From contig JBITAJ010000008.1 in the NCBI GenBank assembly GCA_044440125.1, forward strand, positions 1 through 64,000: a DNA stretch of 64,000 nt, in the 5' to 3' direction. The stretch is from Sedimentisphaeraceae bacterium JB056 (GTDB taxonomy: Bacteria; Planctomycetota; Phycisphaerae; Sedimentisphaerales; Sedimentisphaeraceae). Positions 18,339-29,160 of the stretch are shown here, piece by piece. Each line of letters starts with the position of its first letter. Positions within the stretch are counted from its first letter, which is position 1. The notes beneath the pieces are model-generated. The model did not search any database. It saw only the letters and a list, made by a program, of their open reading frames with translations, and had not been told where the DNA came from. The translations under genes were made by a program, and so were the position numbers.

Positions 18339-18998
18339 ATGATACGAAAATACGGCAGAGAAATTGATTTTGATGCATTGATGAAAGATCTTGAATCCGC
18401 ATTCAAAGGTTACCAGGTTCCAATTGTTACACTGATAGCTGTTCAGGAAAGCAATCCTTTCAAGGTTCTTGTGTCTACGATACTTTCATCGCGTACCAAA
18501 GATGAAACAACAGCCGCCGCATCGCATCGTCTTTATGAAATTGCTGATACTCCGAAAAAGCTCGCGGCATTGCCGGTAAAGAAAATAGAAAAGCTCATAT
18601 ATCCGGTTGGTTTTTACAAAACAAAGGCTCCTCGAATAAAAGCTGCTGCTCAAAAACTCATAGATGAGTATGACAGTAAAGTGCCGGATAATCTTGATGA
18701 GCTGTTAAAATTTGAAGGAGTAGGACGTAAGACGGCAAATCTTGTGCTTGGCGAAGCCTTCAAAAAAGAAGCAATATGCGTTGACGTACATGTACACAGG
18801 ATATCAAACAGACTGGGGTTGATAAAAACTGAAACGCCTTTTGAGACAGAGATGGATCTGCAGAAAATTCTACCTAAAAAGCACTGGATACGTTACAATA
18901 CCTATATTGTTGCTCATGGGCAGAATACATGTAAGCCTATAGGGCCGAGGTGCGGAGAATGCCTAATTAGCAAATACTGCAAACGAGTTGGAGTTTAA
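18339..18998 (+). CDS. nth: Endonuclease III
   Basis: HhH GVGRKTAN, VDVHVHR, [4Fe-4S] motif CKPIGPRCGECLISKYC. Confidence 0.93.
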   Translation: MIRKYGREIDFDALMKDLESAFKGYQVPIVTLIAVQESNPFKVLVSTILSSRTKDETTAAASHRLYEIADTPKKLAALPVKKIEKLIYPVGFYKTKAPRIKAAAQKLIDEYDSKVPDNLDELLKFEGVGRKTANLVLGEAFKKEAICVDVHVHRISNRLGLIKTETPFETEMDLQKILPKKHWIRYNTYIVAHGQNTCKPIGPRCGECLISKYCKRVGV

Positions 18999-19000
18999 GT

Positions 19001-19939
19001 TTGGATATTTTTGTTGTAACATTTGAAGCAGTAGCTGCTTTGCTTTTTATCGGTATCGTTGGCTTTTATGTAATAAGCAGAAAGGTATTGCCAGAGAACG
19101 CAATCACAATACTTGCTGCTCTTACAATTGATATTGCACTTCCTTCGCTTGTGTTTGTTAATATTGTAACACAATTCGATCCTGCGGCAATGCAGGACTG
19201 GTGGCTGTTTCCTGTGTATTTTATCATTTATATGTCTTTCGGACTTTTGCTTGCAAGATTTTTGACGATTGTATTGTCTGCAAAACATAAAAATGAATTT
19301 ACAGCTTCGGTGTTCTATCAAAATGCAGTGTTTTTCCCTATTGCAATTATAGGGAGCTGGCATTGCAGTCAGGATCAACTGCTTGTTAAATTGTTCTTTT
19401 TCACATTGTTGTTTGCTCCGTTCTATTTTACTACAGCGCCTATGTTTTTCAGCAAATCAGGAAAAATATCTAAAAGTAAAGTGTTTAACCCTGTCCTTAT
19501 TGTAACTATTCTTGCTATGGGATTTGTTTTTAGCGGCATAGATAAATTTGTGCCTGATTTTGTTATAAGCTCGTTGCTGCTGCTTGGGAAAATGGCTGCT
19601 CCGTTATTGATGCTTATTTTTGGTGGAAGCATCTATCTTGATTATAAGAATAAAGGCAAACTTGAGATTGTTGAGGTTGTGAAGTTTGTTTTGGCCAGAA
19701 ACTTTATTTTTCCGGCTATTATGGTGCTTGTTTTGTTTTTACTTAGGCCGAATTACGAGCTTGCATTTTTACTTATACTTCAGGCATCGGTTCCACCTAT
19801 TACATCGCTTCCTGTGATAGCAAAACAACATGGCGGGAATACAAAAATCATCAATCAATTTATGATAGCAAGTTTCATTGTTTCGCTTTTTACCATTCCG
19901 CTGTATTTAATGATATTTGAAAAGATGTATGCCGCCTAA
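19001..19939 (+). CDS. AEC (auxin efflux carrier) family transporter
   Basis: About 10 TM helices, LPSLVF, N-x-x-F-F-P, NPVL motifs; TTG start. Confidence 0.8.
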   Translation: MDIFVVTFEAVAALLFIGIVGFYVISRKVLPENAITILAALTIDIALPSLVFVNIVTQFDPAAMQDWWLFPVYFIIYMSFGLLLARFLTIVLSAKHKNEFTASVFYQNAVFFPIAIIGSWHCSQDQLLVKLFFFTLLFAPFYFTTAPMFFSKSGKISKSKVFNPVLIVTILAMGFVFSGIDKFVPDFVISSLLLLGKMAAPLLMLIFGGSIYLDYKNKGKLEIVEVVKFVLARNFIFPAIMVLVLFLLRPNYELAFLLILQASVPPITSLPVIAKQHGGNTKIINQFMIASFIVSLFTIPLYLMIFEKMYAA

Positions 19940-19949
19940 TCATCAGTGA

Positions 19950-21161
19950 TTAGTAAATAAGATATTCAGATCTTACTTTCTTAAATTCAGATAATTCAAC
20001 CAGCCATTGATTATTTAAGGACTTGGGCAATGATTTTCCGATTATAGCTTTCCTTATCTTATCTGTACCGCAAAGTCTGTCGAAATGCTCAATTTTCCAT
20101 TGAAATTTATCAGGATACTCTACTGATATGACAGCTATCATTTTGATACCGCTTTCAAATGGGCGTATATTGTTTCTGTTTGTTACTGTTATTTTCGAAC
20201 CGTAACATTTTTGATTTGCAAATTTTGAAAATTCAGGAGTAAACTCGGCTTCTTCAAAAATAATACCAGGTATTTTAGTATTATTGAGTTTTGCCGTGAT
20301 AATCTTCGCATCAATCCATGGAGCACCAAACATCATAAGCGGCTGATTTGTGCCGCGTGCTTCGGAAAGATTAGTGCCTTCAAATAAACACATTCCCGGA
20401 TACATTGCCGCTTCATCTATACTTATCATATTGGGGGATGGATTGATGAATTTTAATCCGGTCTCTTCATACCACATAGATCGCTTATAGCCGGTCATCT
20501 TTATAATGGTTAGATTTACTTTCTTGCCGCAACTTAGCCATTGATTATTATTAAACATTTTTGCAATTTCTCCAATTGTCATGCCGTGGCGTACGGCAAT
20601 AGGATGAATGCCTACAAAAGTAGAAAAAGCAGGATCAAGGATATTTCCTTCGATAATATCAGCTCTTATAGGATTGGGACGATCAAGTACGACAAACGAT
20701 TTATTGCATTCGGCGGCAGCATCCATAGCAAGTGCCATTGTTGATATATAAGTGTAAAAGCGGCAGCCAATATCCTGAATATCAAAGATAAGAATGTCGA
20801 TATCTTCAAGCATCTCCGCAGTAGGTTTTCTTGTCTTGCCGTAAAGACTGTAAATAGGAATGCCTGTTTCTGTATGCTGGATACCTTCGATTTTTTCGCC
20901 TGCTTCAACTACACCATCAAACCCATGTTCAGGTCCAAAAAGGGCAGTAACTTCGACATTTTCCATTTGCTGAAATACGTTGTAGATAAATCGGTTTTTG
21001 CTGTCATAGGCAGTGTGATTTGCAATTATTCCGACTTTTTTATTTTGAAAAAAATCTTCATATTCATTTATGTTATCAAGTCCCGTACGTACGTGTTCGG
21101 CAAAAGCATATGGCAGTAGGTAAAAGCACATTAAAGTGACTAATATCTTTGGTATATTCAT
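19950..21161 (-). CDS. namZ: Exo-beta-N-acetylmuramidase NamZ-like (DUF1343), secreted
   Basis: LFGPEHG, YSLYG, FDIQDIGCRFYTY, DRPNP, HGMTIGE, PSPNM, EGTNLSEARGT. Confidence 0.88.
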   Translation of the reverse strand: MNIPKILVTLMCFYLLPYAFAEHVRTGLDNINEYEDFFQNKKVGIIANHTAYDSKNRFIYNVFQQMENVEVTALFGPEHGFDGVVEAGEKIEGIQHTETGIPIYSLYGKTRKPTAEMLEDIDILIFDIQDIGCRFYTYISTMALAMDAAAECNKSFVVLDRPNPIRADIIEGNILDPAFSTFVGIHPIAVRHGMTIGEIAKMFNNNQWLSCGKKVNLTIIKMTGYKRSMWYEETGLKFINPSPNMISIDEAAMYPGMCLFEGTNLSEARGTNQPLMMFGAPWIDAKIITAKLNNTKIPGIIFEEAEFTPEFSKFANQKCYGSKITVTNRNNIRPFESGIKMIAVISVEYPDKFQWKIEHFDRLCGTDKIRKAIIGKSLPKSLNNQWLVELSEFKKVRSEYLIY

Positions 21162-21238
21162 TGCGATGATTCCTTAAATATTTATTGTAAAATGACTTCT
21201 GAATTGTATATTATAATTAGACATAAAGCTATTACAAA

Positions 21239-22414
21239 ATGATTTTGAGGGTTTCGATGATAAGTTTTAACAGATATTTTTATTTTTTGATTTCTATTTC
21301 AGTAATCAGTGCGACATATCTTCTGGCAGGAGAGACTGAAACTAAAATAGGAGAAATTGTTAATACCGAAATAGCATCGGGCAGTTTCCCAGGTGCAGTT
21401 GTTTATATTGGTAAAGGTGAGGATACGCTTTTCTACGAAGCGTTTGGTTTTGCGGTTTCAACGCCTTTCAAGGCGAAAATGCATAAGAACATGATTTTTG
21501 ATATTGCCTCGCTTTCAAAACCGGTAGCTACGGCTTCGTCAATTATGGTTCTGATTGATCAAAAGAAAATTGATCTTGATGCTAAAGTTTCCAGTTATAT
21601 ACCGGCATTTGCCCAAAACGGTAAAGAAAATGTCAAAATTAAGCATTTGCTGTCGCACACTTCAGGGCTCCCAAGTTATATGAGTGTTGCCGGATTGATG
21701 ATACCAGACGGTAAATCTAATCCAGAAAAAGTTTTTGCCAAAATATGCTCATTAAAAAATCAGTATGAAGCAGGGGGAAAATGTCAATACAGTTGTCTTG
21801 GATATATAACACTTGGGAAAATAGTTGAGACAGTCAGTGGGATGCCGCTTGATAAATTTGCGGCAGAGAAACTTTTCAAGCCTCTTGGTATGAATGATAC
21901 GCTGTATAATCCGCCAAAAGAACTTGAAGAGAAGATTGTCGCTACCACTGTTGCAAAGGGTGTTGTCAACAGAGGCAAGGTGCACGATCCTCTTGCGTCA
22001 AAAATGGGTGGAGTAAGTGGAAACGCCGGAGTCTTTACTACAGCATCAGATCTTGCTAAGTATTGCCGTATGCTAATGAACGGCGGGTGCTGCATCTCTG
22101 ATGATAAAAGGATATTAAGCGAATCGTCTGTCAAGCTGTTGACTTCTGATATTGCTTACGGCAGAGCATATGGATTTGATGTTAACAGTGAAGCTCATTC
22201 ATGGATTAAGGGAGACTGTTTTGGTAAGAGTGTATTCTGTCACAGCGGCTACACCGGAACTTCAATCGTATGCGATCCAGTCAGCAAGGTCTTTATTATT
22301 ATTCTGACTAACAGGGTTCATCCGACAGACAACGGCAGGACAAAAAACGTCAGAAAAAAAATAGCCGACATTATATGTGAAACCTATAGCAGATCCACAT
22401 CAAATGACGGCTAA
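21239..22414 (+). CDS. Secreted serine hydrolase, beta-lactamase class C/AmiE-like
   Basis: SxxK (ASLSK), LLSHTSG, YSCLGY, VHDP, GNAGVF, HSGYTG, LTNRVHP. Confidence 0.85.
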   Translation: MILRVSMISFNRYFYFLISISVISATYLLAGETETKIGEIVNTEIASGSFPGAVVYIGKGEDTLFYEAFGFAVSTPFKAKMHKNMIFDIASLSKPVATASSIMVLIDQKKIDLDAKVSSYIPAFAQNGKENVKIKHLLSHTSGLPSYMSVAGLMIPDGKSNPEKVFAKICSLKNQYEAGGKCQYSCLGYITLGKIVETVSGMPLDKFAAEKLFKPLGMNDTLYNPPKELEEKIVATTVAKGVVNRGKVHDPLASKMGGVSGNAGVFTTASDLAKYCRMLMNGGCCISDDKRILSESSVKLLTSDIAYGRAYGFDVNSEAHSWIKGDCFGKSVFCHSGYTGTSIVCDPVSKVFIIILTNRVHPTDNGRTKNVRKKIADIICETYSRSTSNDG

Positions 22415-22433
22415 AAATTTGTGTATTTATTTC

Positions 22434-24248
22434 TTACTCAGCTACTGATTCATACAAAGCCAATTGTTTTTGAAGATACTCAAGACTGTCAGAAAGACCG
22501 CCTTCACGGTTTCTTCTCAACCATACTGTCTTGTGATTTTCAATGATTCTTTTGATGTCTTTTGCAAGGGCTTGTCTTGTTTCAAGCGGAATATTTACTG
22601 TCTTGGTATCTTCTGCTCCAAGTCTTGCTATTCCTAAATCGCATGCGTGATTGATAAGGTCTGCACAATGTCTCAGTTCGAACTTGATGTATTCTGCATC
22701 AGCACATTGCATTTCTGAATTATCAATATTTGCAATCACTTCATTGGTGTAGGTTTTCATATCCTGCAGTTTTTCAGCTGTCAATTCAGGTGCTTTGCTT
22801 AAATCCCAATCTTCATAAAGTAAAATTCTTCCGGCAATAGAGCTGTTACTAATTATTATATTACCTACTTTATAAGCATTGCCAAGGTTGTAAATAGTTT
22901 TTCCTGCAATCTTAGCTTTATCCATAAAAATGAATTCATCAAGAATTTCAGGTATATTGATATCCTTGTTGCTTTCAAGCCGCCAACTTATTGCTGCACC
23001 ATAAGCATAGGCAGGGTAGCTTGTAGTTATCGGTTCAAAATTGCCTAAATCTCCCCAGTCAGTATTTACAAATCCTTTAGCTCCATACTTCAGTCCATTT
23101 TGAGCGGCACTTAATAAATTAGCAAAAGCATTATCTGTTCGACCTGCAAGGCTAATCCATGTTGAGGTGCCCGGGCATACGTAAAAATCACATCCAGTAT
23201 AGGCAACTGTTTTACAGTATTGGCCAAATGGATGCTTGGCATCATAACCCCATATCATTGCTACAGCATCTGAGGGAAGCTTCTTGATTATATCTGGATT
23301 ATGCTGAATCATATCCGCCCAGAACATCATTGTCTTATCATGTTTCTCTACAAGCCTGCTTATCTTAAGAAGAAAGTCAAGGTATACTCTTTCTGTGCCG
23401 ATTTTTTCGCATAGTTCCTTGCTTCTGCCATTTCCAAGTTCTATTGTTTCGTCGCAGCCAACATTAAAATATTTACTGGAAAAATTAGGCAGCAGTTCAT
23501 CGTATAGTTCCTCTATAAGAGCGATAGAGCATGGATCAGCAGGATATAAGGTATGCCACCTTCTTTTGCCCCATTTTGTATCAACATAGTCGGGAGCTTC
23601 TGCAAGGTGCCTATAGCTCTCGTGTTTAAGCCATCGTTCCATGTGACCGAATGAATTCTGGTTAGGTACAAGGTCTATAAAGTGCTGCTTGCAATAACTG
23701 TCAAGAATCCGTATCTGGTCAGCGGTCATCGGGGAAGCATCTTTCCATACTTCACGATGATTTTTATATGCAAAAGTGTGTTCTGTATAAAGCTGAATAT
23801 GATTAATTTTCCAACTTGAGAGCATCTCTATCAAACTGAATAGAGTCTGCATTGTAGGGACTTTATCCCGGCTAATGTCAAGCATAACGCCACGGACAGG
23901 AAAGTCAGGATAGTCTCTGATTGTCATAGTGTCAATGCTTTTACCTGAAGTCTGATCGGAAAGTTGCCTCAGGGTCTGCTTTGCGTAATAAAGGCCTTGC
24001 TCAGTAGCAGCCTTTATTGTTATTAATTCTGAGGTTATTTCAATTTCATATCCCTGTGGATTTGAGATTGATTCAGTATCTAACTCAATCAGCTTCTTGA
24101 TTTCATTGACTGGGGCTTTTGTGATTTCTCCTGTAAGTTCCAGTTCTTTTGGCTGTGGCAAAAGTAAATAGCCGTTTTTGTTTTTCGCCGCAAATACGTT
24201 GATGCTTATAAGCAGCACGCATAACAAAGTAGTAATTTTCTGTATCAT
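22434..24248 (-). CDS. GH20-family glycoside hydrolase (beta-N-acetylhexosaminidase-like), secreted
   Basis: RGVMLDISR, NSFGH, catalytic GCDE, FWAD, TDWGD; signal peptide. Confidence 0.85.
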   Translation of the reverse strand: MIQKITTLLCVLLISINVFAAKNKNGYLLLPQPKELELTGEITKAPVNEIKKLIELDTESISNPQGYEIEITSELITIKAATEQGLYYAKQTLRQLSDQTSGKSIDTMTIRDYPDFPVRGVMLDISRDKVPTMQTLFSLIEMLSSWKINHIQLYTEHTFAYKNHREVWKDASPMTADQIRILDSYCKQHFIDLVPNQNSFGHMERWLKHESYRHLAEAPDYVDTKWGKRRWHTLYPADPCSIALIEELYDELLPNFSSKYFNVGCDETIELGNGRSKELCEKIGTERVYLDFLLKISRLVEKHDKTMMFWADMIQHNPDIIKKLPSDAVAMIWGYDAKHPFGQYCKTVAYTGCDFYVCPGTSTWISLAGRTDNAFANLLSAAQNGLKYGAKGFVNTDWGDLGNFEPITTSYPAYAYGAAISWRLESNKDINIPEILDEFIFMDKAKIAGKTIYNLGNAYKVGNIIISNSSIAGRILLYEDWDLSKAPELTAEKLQDMKTYTNEVIANIDNSEMQCADAEYIKFELRHCADLINHACDLGIARLGAEDTKTVNIPLETRQALAKDIKRIIENHKTVWLRRNREGGLSDSLEYLQKQLALYESVAE

Positions 24249-24275
24249 CTATTCCCTCGTAAAATCATCATATGA

Positions 24276-25019
24276 TTAAAATTCAACATTTGCTTCAGGA
24301 TTAAACGGGTTTGTCCTGACAGCAAGACTGAATAAATATGGATAATCTTCTTTCAAATGCTTGAGGTATTCAATCCATTGACGTATCAAGAGACGGTAGG
24401 CTCGCTTGATATCATTAGCAAGATGGTCTTTATCCTTTTCAGGAAGATTTGCAATATCTTTTCTGTGCCCAAGCTCATCAGTAAGATGGAATATTGCCCA
24501 TAGAGTAGCTGTAAATGTATCATGCTCAAGAAGGTTGGGGTTTTGAAGAAGCCCAAGCATGAAAACTCGTTTTGAAACGACAAAATCCTGTAACTTTTTC
24601 AAATCATTATCAGTAGTAGTTATCTTGTAATCTATGCTTTTAAGTGCCTGACTTATTTTGTCAAAATCTTCTTTTTTCCATTCGTTATTCACAAGAATAG
24701 GTGCATTAGCGTCCTTGTTTTGTTGGAAATCCTTGAAATAACCAAGCATTTCAGTACCAACTTCACTGAAAAAGACACCAATTACCATGTTGAGCTTGTG
24801 AAGCATACTGCGTTTCTCACGCTCTTCAAGCAATTTATGAAGTATGAGCGTTACAAGTAATACCTCTATTGGAACGAACGCAATATCGCCAATCAGATAT
24901 ATAAATATATGGTGGCTGTCGTGAAACAGCAAGTAGTGGACGAAATAGAATATAATACTAAGTGTTACTAATATTATTCCAAAGAGCAGATGAGTTGTAA
25001 ATTTATTTTTTTCTTTCAT
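24276..25019 (-). CDS. Conserved hypothetical membrane protein
   Basis: Two N-terminal TM helices; KLNMVIGVFFSEVG, NPNLLEH, YPYLFSLAVRTNPF. Confidence 0.7.
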   Translation of the reverse strand: MKEKNKFTTHLLFGIILVTLSIIFYFVHYLLFHDSHHIFIYLIGDIAFVPIEVLLVTLILHKLLEEREKRSMLHKLNMVIGVFFSEVGTEMLGYFKDFQQNKDANAPILVNNEWKKEDFDKISQALKSIDYKITTTDNDLKKLQDFVVSKRVFMLGLLQNPNLLEHDTFTATLWAIFHLTDELGHRKDIANLPEKDKDHLANDIKRAYRLLIRQWIEYLKHLKEDYPYLFSLAVRTNPFNPEANVEF

Positions 25020-25172
25020 TTTTATCCTGTCAGATTGTCTTGGTTTCTTGGTTAATTTTCCAGATTATAGCTTTCTGAATGATTAGCTCAAGTGATAATC
25101 ATGCTGAGAAAAAAATATTTTCCTTTTACTGTTACACAATGTTTGTTAGAATATTATCTTAAGTAATTCTAA

Positions 25173-25874
25173 GTGAGGTGTACTATGTCAGATATTGCAG
25201 CTATAAAACAAGAAATCCAATTCCATATTGATGCAGATGAATATGACAGCGCGATTGGGTTGCTGAGCGATTTGCTAAATGAGACTTCAATTAATGAGAA
25301 AACTCAAGTATGGGCTCTACGATTGCGAGCTCATTGCTATTCCTGGTGCGCAGGCATGGATGACGCGGCAAGTGTTGAAGAGGATATACCTGAAGCTGAC
25401 GAGGCTGATGAGGATGTAGAAAAAGCACTCTCAGATCTTAATCGTGTCTTGCAAATGCCTTCACTTACCAGCCAAGAACGGGTTGAAGTTCTTTTCGAAC
25501 GCATAACAGAGCTCAGATGGCTTGCTCGATATGAGGATGCTGTACAAGACTGCTGTCGAATTCTTGATACTTCAAATCTTGACATAGATGACGTTACAAA
25601 TGCATATTTTACCAGAGCAGATTTGTATCTTTGTCTTGAACAGAGCGGCAAGGCTCTTGACGATCTTGGAGCAATTCTCAGTAATGATAACATTCTGCAA
25701 TCAACCAGAGCTGAAACTTTGGAATTCAGAGCAGACGTTTGGGTGCAGGCAGGCGAGATTTATAAAGCTCTTGACGACCTTGAAGTTGCTATGGATATTT
25801 TCAAGTCAATGGAGTATGCCTGCGGCATAAAGCGGGTGGCTGAGAAAATATATGCTTATTCAAGTATGGTATAA
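25173..25874 (+). CDS. Acidic TPR-repeat protein
   Basis: Repeated A..R......G....AL.D helical units. Confidence 0.7.
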   Translation: MRCTMSDIAAIKQEIQFHIDADEYDSAIGLLSDLLNETSINEKTQVWALRLRAHCYSWCAGMDDAASVEEDIPEADEADEDVEKALSDLNRVLQMPSLTSQERVEVLFERITELRWLARYEDAVQDCCRILDTSNLDIDDVTNAYFTRADLYLCLEQSGKALDDLGAILSNDNILQSTRAETLEFRADVWVQAGEIYKALDDLEVAMDIFKSMEYACGIKRVAEKIYAYSSMV

Positions 25875-25875
25875 C

Positions 25876-25920
25876 AAAAAGGCAGAAACAGGCTCATTTA
25901 CCCATCTCTGCCTTTTTTTT
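25876..25920. terminator. Bidirectional intrinsic terminator
   Basis: AAAAAGGCAGA...TCTGCCTTTTTTTT between convergent genes. Confidence 0.7.
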
Positions 25921-25937
25921 CTTTATACTAAATAGTC

Positions 25938-26813
25938 TCAAAGAAGGCCGTAATCGGCGAGTATTGCTCTTAAGCAGTTTCTTTGATCGTCATTGAGATT
26001 TGTCATCGGCAGACGCATGTCGTTTTCAATCATACCAAGCATTGCCATTGCTTCTTTGACAGGAATTGGATTAGTCGCCATCGTAAGCATGGATTTGCAA
26101 AGACCGAACAGCTTGAAGTGCAACTGACGAGCTGTCTCGAAATCATTAGCAAGCAGGGCGTCTGTCAAGGCTTTCACGTCCTTAGGCACGAAATTGGCAA
26201 CAACACTTATCACACCTTTAGCCCCTACTGAAGCCAGCGGCACTGTAAGGGAATCATCACCTGAAAGTATGGTGATATCGCAAATAGAGGCAACATTGCT
26301 TGCCATGTCAAGGCTTCCGGTTGCTTCCTTGATCGCAACGATATTATCAAGTTCATATAAATCTGCTACTGTCTGAGCAGCCAATCCATTGCCGCCGCAA
26401 CGCCCGGGAATATTGTATAGGACGACAGGCAGGTCGACTTTTTCAGCTACAGCCTTAAAATGGGCATACAAGCCTTCCTGGGTAGGCTTATTGTAGTATG
26501 GACATACCTGAAGCGTAGCATCGGCGCCTACGGATTTAGCTCTTGATGCCAGACTTACTGCTTCTTCTGTACTGTTAGAGCCGGCTCCAGCGATAACAGG
26601 TAATTTACCTGCGGCTGCTTTGGCAACACACTCTATGACGTCTATGTTTTCATCATGGTTTAATGTCGGTGATTCTCCAGTTGTTCCGACCGGGACAAGA
26701 CCGTCGGTACCGTTATCAATATGAAATTGAACCAACTCTTCAATCTTGTTAAAATCTATCTGGCCATTCTTGTCAAATGGCGTTACAAGTGCTACAAATG
26801 AACCTTTGTACAT
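25938..26813 (-). CDS. dapA: 4-hydroxy-tetrahydrodipicolinate synthase
   Basis: GTTGESPTL, PYYNKP, LYNIPGR, Schiff-base IKEA, SGDD, NPIPVK. Confidence 0.96.
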   Translation of the reverse strand: MYKGSFVALVTPFDKNGQIDFNKIEELVQFHIDNGTDGLVPVGTTGESPTLNHDENIDVIECVAKAAAGKLPVIAGAGSNSTEEAVSLASRAKSVGADATLQVCPYYNKPTQEGLYAHFKAVAEKVDLPVVLYNIPGRCGGNGLAAQTVADLYELDNIVAIKEATGSLDMASNVASICDITILSGDDSLTVPLASVGAKGVISVVANFVPKDVKALTDALLANDFETARQLHFKLFGLCKSMLTMATNPIPVKEAMAMLGMIENDMRLPMTNLNDDQRNCLRAILADYGLL

Positions 26814-26898
26814 ATTCTCTCCTGAATCTTAATTACAGTGAAATACGGTCTTTTATTCAGTTATATTTCATGAAATCATACCGTATTATCTATTAGTT

Positions 26899-27636
26899 TT
26901 ACTTCTTATCTTCTGTATCCGCAAGCCTTATCAGCTCTATCATTTCTTTGGTTGCACGTTCCATTCCAACCAGAACGGCACGCGAAATGATACTGTGGCC
27001 AATATTAAACTCGCAAAGCTTGTCTATGCAGGCAACATGGTGTATATTCCTGTAAGTCAGTCCATGTCCGGCATGAACTACAAGGCCAAGCTTATCTGCT
27101 AAGTCTCTTGCCTTGATGATGTCGTCAACACGATTTGCTATTTCCTTATCATTTTCAGCATTGGCGAACATACCTGTATGAAGCTCTATCGCATCACATC
27201 CCATATCCGCACAGGCCTTAATCTGGTCGGTATCTGGAACAATGAAAGAGCTAACAATGATATTTTTTTCCTTCATCCTGGCTGTCACTTCTGCGATTTT
27301 TTTGTATTGTCCAACACAGTCCAAGCCGCCTTCAGTTGTCAACTCCTCACGTCTTTCCGGCACTAAAGTAACCTGATCAGGTAATAAATCTTCAGCAATC
27401 TTGACAATAGACGGCTCTATTGACATTTCCAGATTGAACTTTGAGGCGACAGTCTGTTTGAGCAGGATTACATCCCTGTCGATTATATGCCGTCTATCCA
27501 TTCGCAAGTGAGTTGTTATGCCGTTTGCACCAGCAAGCTCACACAATGATGCTGCCCATACAGGATCAGGCTCATCTGTCAGCCTTGCTTGTCGTATAGT
27601 TGCTACGTGATCTATATTTACATTCAGAACTGCCAT
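26899..27636 (-). CDS. pdxJ: Pyridoxine 5'-phosphate synthase
   Basis: VNIDHVATIRQAR, HLRMDRRHI, LVPERREELTTEGGLD, IELHTG, AGHGL, EFNIGHSII. Confidence 0.96.
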   Translation of the reverse strand: MAVLNVNIDHVATIRQARLTDEPDPVWAASLCELAGANGITTHLRMDRRHIIDRDVILLKQTVASKFNLEMSIEPSIVKIAEDLLPDQVTLVPERREELTTEGGLDCVGQYKKIAEVTARMKEKNIIVSSFIVPDTDQIKACADMGCDAIELHTGMFANAENDKEIANRVDDIIKARDLADKLGLVVHAGHGLTYRNIHHVACIDKLCEFNIGHSIISRAVLVGMERATKEMIELIRLADTEDKK

Positions 27637-27792
27637 AATAGCTCCGTTTCTAAGTTCGTCTTGGGTGATGAAGCATGGTTACTTATATTAAAATCACTTT
27701 AGCGCCACACTTTATCTAATTTCTCTACAAGCCAATCATTATACCCATTTTAACATAAACTGCAAGTGAGTATGAAAGTCTCGCATCAATTG

Positions 27793-29160
27793 CTACCGCA
27801 ACTGCGATGCAATTAAGTCATAATTCTCATAGTCAACTACTCGGACTTTTATAAATTGTCCAGGTTTGGCTCTGCAGTTTGTTATTATACAGATGCTGTC
27901 TATCTCAGGAGCCTGACCATAATATCGTGCATCTGCGGTGCCATCTTCGTAAACAGTATCGATTATTACTTCAAGTTCTTTGCCTATCATTGCTTTATTT
28001 TTTGAAAAGGCTATTTCCTGCTGCGTAAGCATTATCTCCTCAAGCCTTTTCTCCTTAATTTCTTGTGGAACCTCATTACTAAGAGAGGCAGCATAAGTAC
28101 CTTCTTCCGGTGAGAATATAAAGCAGCCCAACGCATCGAACTTTGCCCATTTTATGAAATCGACAAGCTGGCGATGATTTTCTTCTGTTTCTCCGGGGTA
28201 TCCGGTTATAACCGTTGTTCTCAAAACGATTCCAGGAATCTTCTTCCTTAGACTTTCGACAAGAGCAGTTGTCTTTTCTTGTGTATCAGCACGATGCATG
28301 CTTTTGAGAATCTCATTGTTAATATGCTGGATAGGTATATCTATGTAAGGCAATATTTTGTCAGAGCTTGCGATTTTCTCTATAAGCTCTTCAGTAACAG
28401 TGGCAGGGTAGAGATACATAACCCTTATCCACTTGAAATCAAAGTTTTCAAGCACATTAAGCAGTTCTACAAGTCCATTTTCGATCCCAAGGTCTTTGCC
28501 GTAATAATTGCTGTCCTGAGCAATTATTATCAGCTCTTTAATGCCGCTTTTTGACAGCTCTTCGGCTTCTCTCGCCACAGCTTTTAATGGTTTACTTCGA
28601 AATTTGCCTCGAATACTTGGTATAGTACAGAAGCCGCATTTTCTATCGCAACCTTCACTTATTCTCAAATAGGCGTAGTGAGAAGGAGTTGTAAGGAGTC
28701 TTCCACGGTCATCGGCAATAAAATTATTGTTTTCGGAAAGATAAGATCTTTTTTCAAAAGACTTTACGGAATTAAGTACTATTTTGTCTATATTGTCCCT
28801 GTCAGCAAGGCCTACAACTGCATCAATTTCAGGCACCGCTTCAAGAAGCTCTTTCCCCATTCGTTGAGCAAGGCATCCGGCCGCAATTACGCATTGGAGG
28901 CGACCGTTTTCCTTATAGGAAGCGGCATCCTTGAGCTGATCTATTGCCTCCTGCTTTGCTGATTCAATAAATCCACATGTATTCACTATTACGGCATCAG
29001 CAAGTTCTATATCACCTACTATACAGAAACCTTTCTGGGCTAATTTGCCGAGCATGGTTTCGCTGTCAACCGTGTTCTTAGGGCATCCAAGAGAGATAAA
29101 CCCGACATTGATATTGTTATTTGTATTTCTATTGTTTCTTCGTTTTTTTGCCATAGGCAA
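27793..29160 (-). CDS. rimO: Ribosomal protein S12 methylthiotransferase (start probably 29154)
   Basis: SLGCPKNTVDSE, NTCGFI, radical SAM CDRKCGFC, TRAM domain with APEID. Confidence 0.93.
   Translation of the reverse strand: MPMAKKRRNNRNTNNNINVGFISLGCPKNTVDSETMLGKLAQKGFCIVGDIELADAVIVNTCGFIESAKQEAIDQLKDAASYKENGRLQCVIAAGCLAQRMGKELLEAVPEIDAVVGLADRDNIDKIVLNSVKSFEKRSYLSENNNFIADDRGRLLTTPSHYAYLRISEGCDRKCGFCTIPSIRGKFRSKPLKAVAREAEELSKSGIKELIIIAQDSNYYGKDLGIENGLVELLNVLENFDFKWIRVMYLYPATVTEELIEKIASSDKILPYIDIPIQHINNEILKSMHRADTQEKTTALVESLRKKIPGIVLRTTVITGYPGETEENHRQLVDFIKWAKFDALGCFIFSPEEGTYAASLSNEVPQEIKEKRLEEIMLTQQEIAFSKNKAMIGKELEVIIDTVYEDGTADARYYGQAPEIDSICIITNCRAKPGQFIKVRVVDYENYDLIASQLR

Noticed and set aside
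21239..22414. Beta-lactam resistance gene
   Set aside because: SxxK fold with YSC and HSG motifs and namZ context fits an esterase/amidase family; no support for true beta-lactamase activity.
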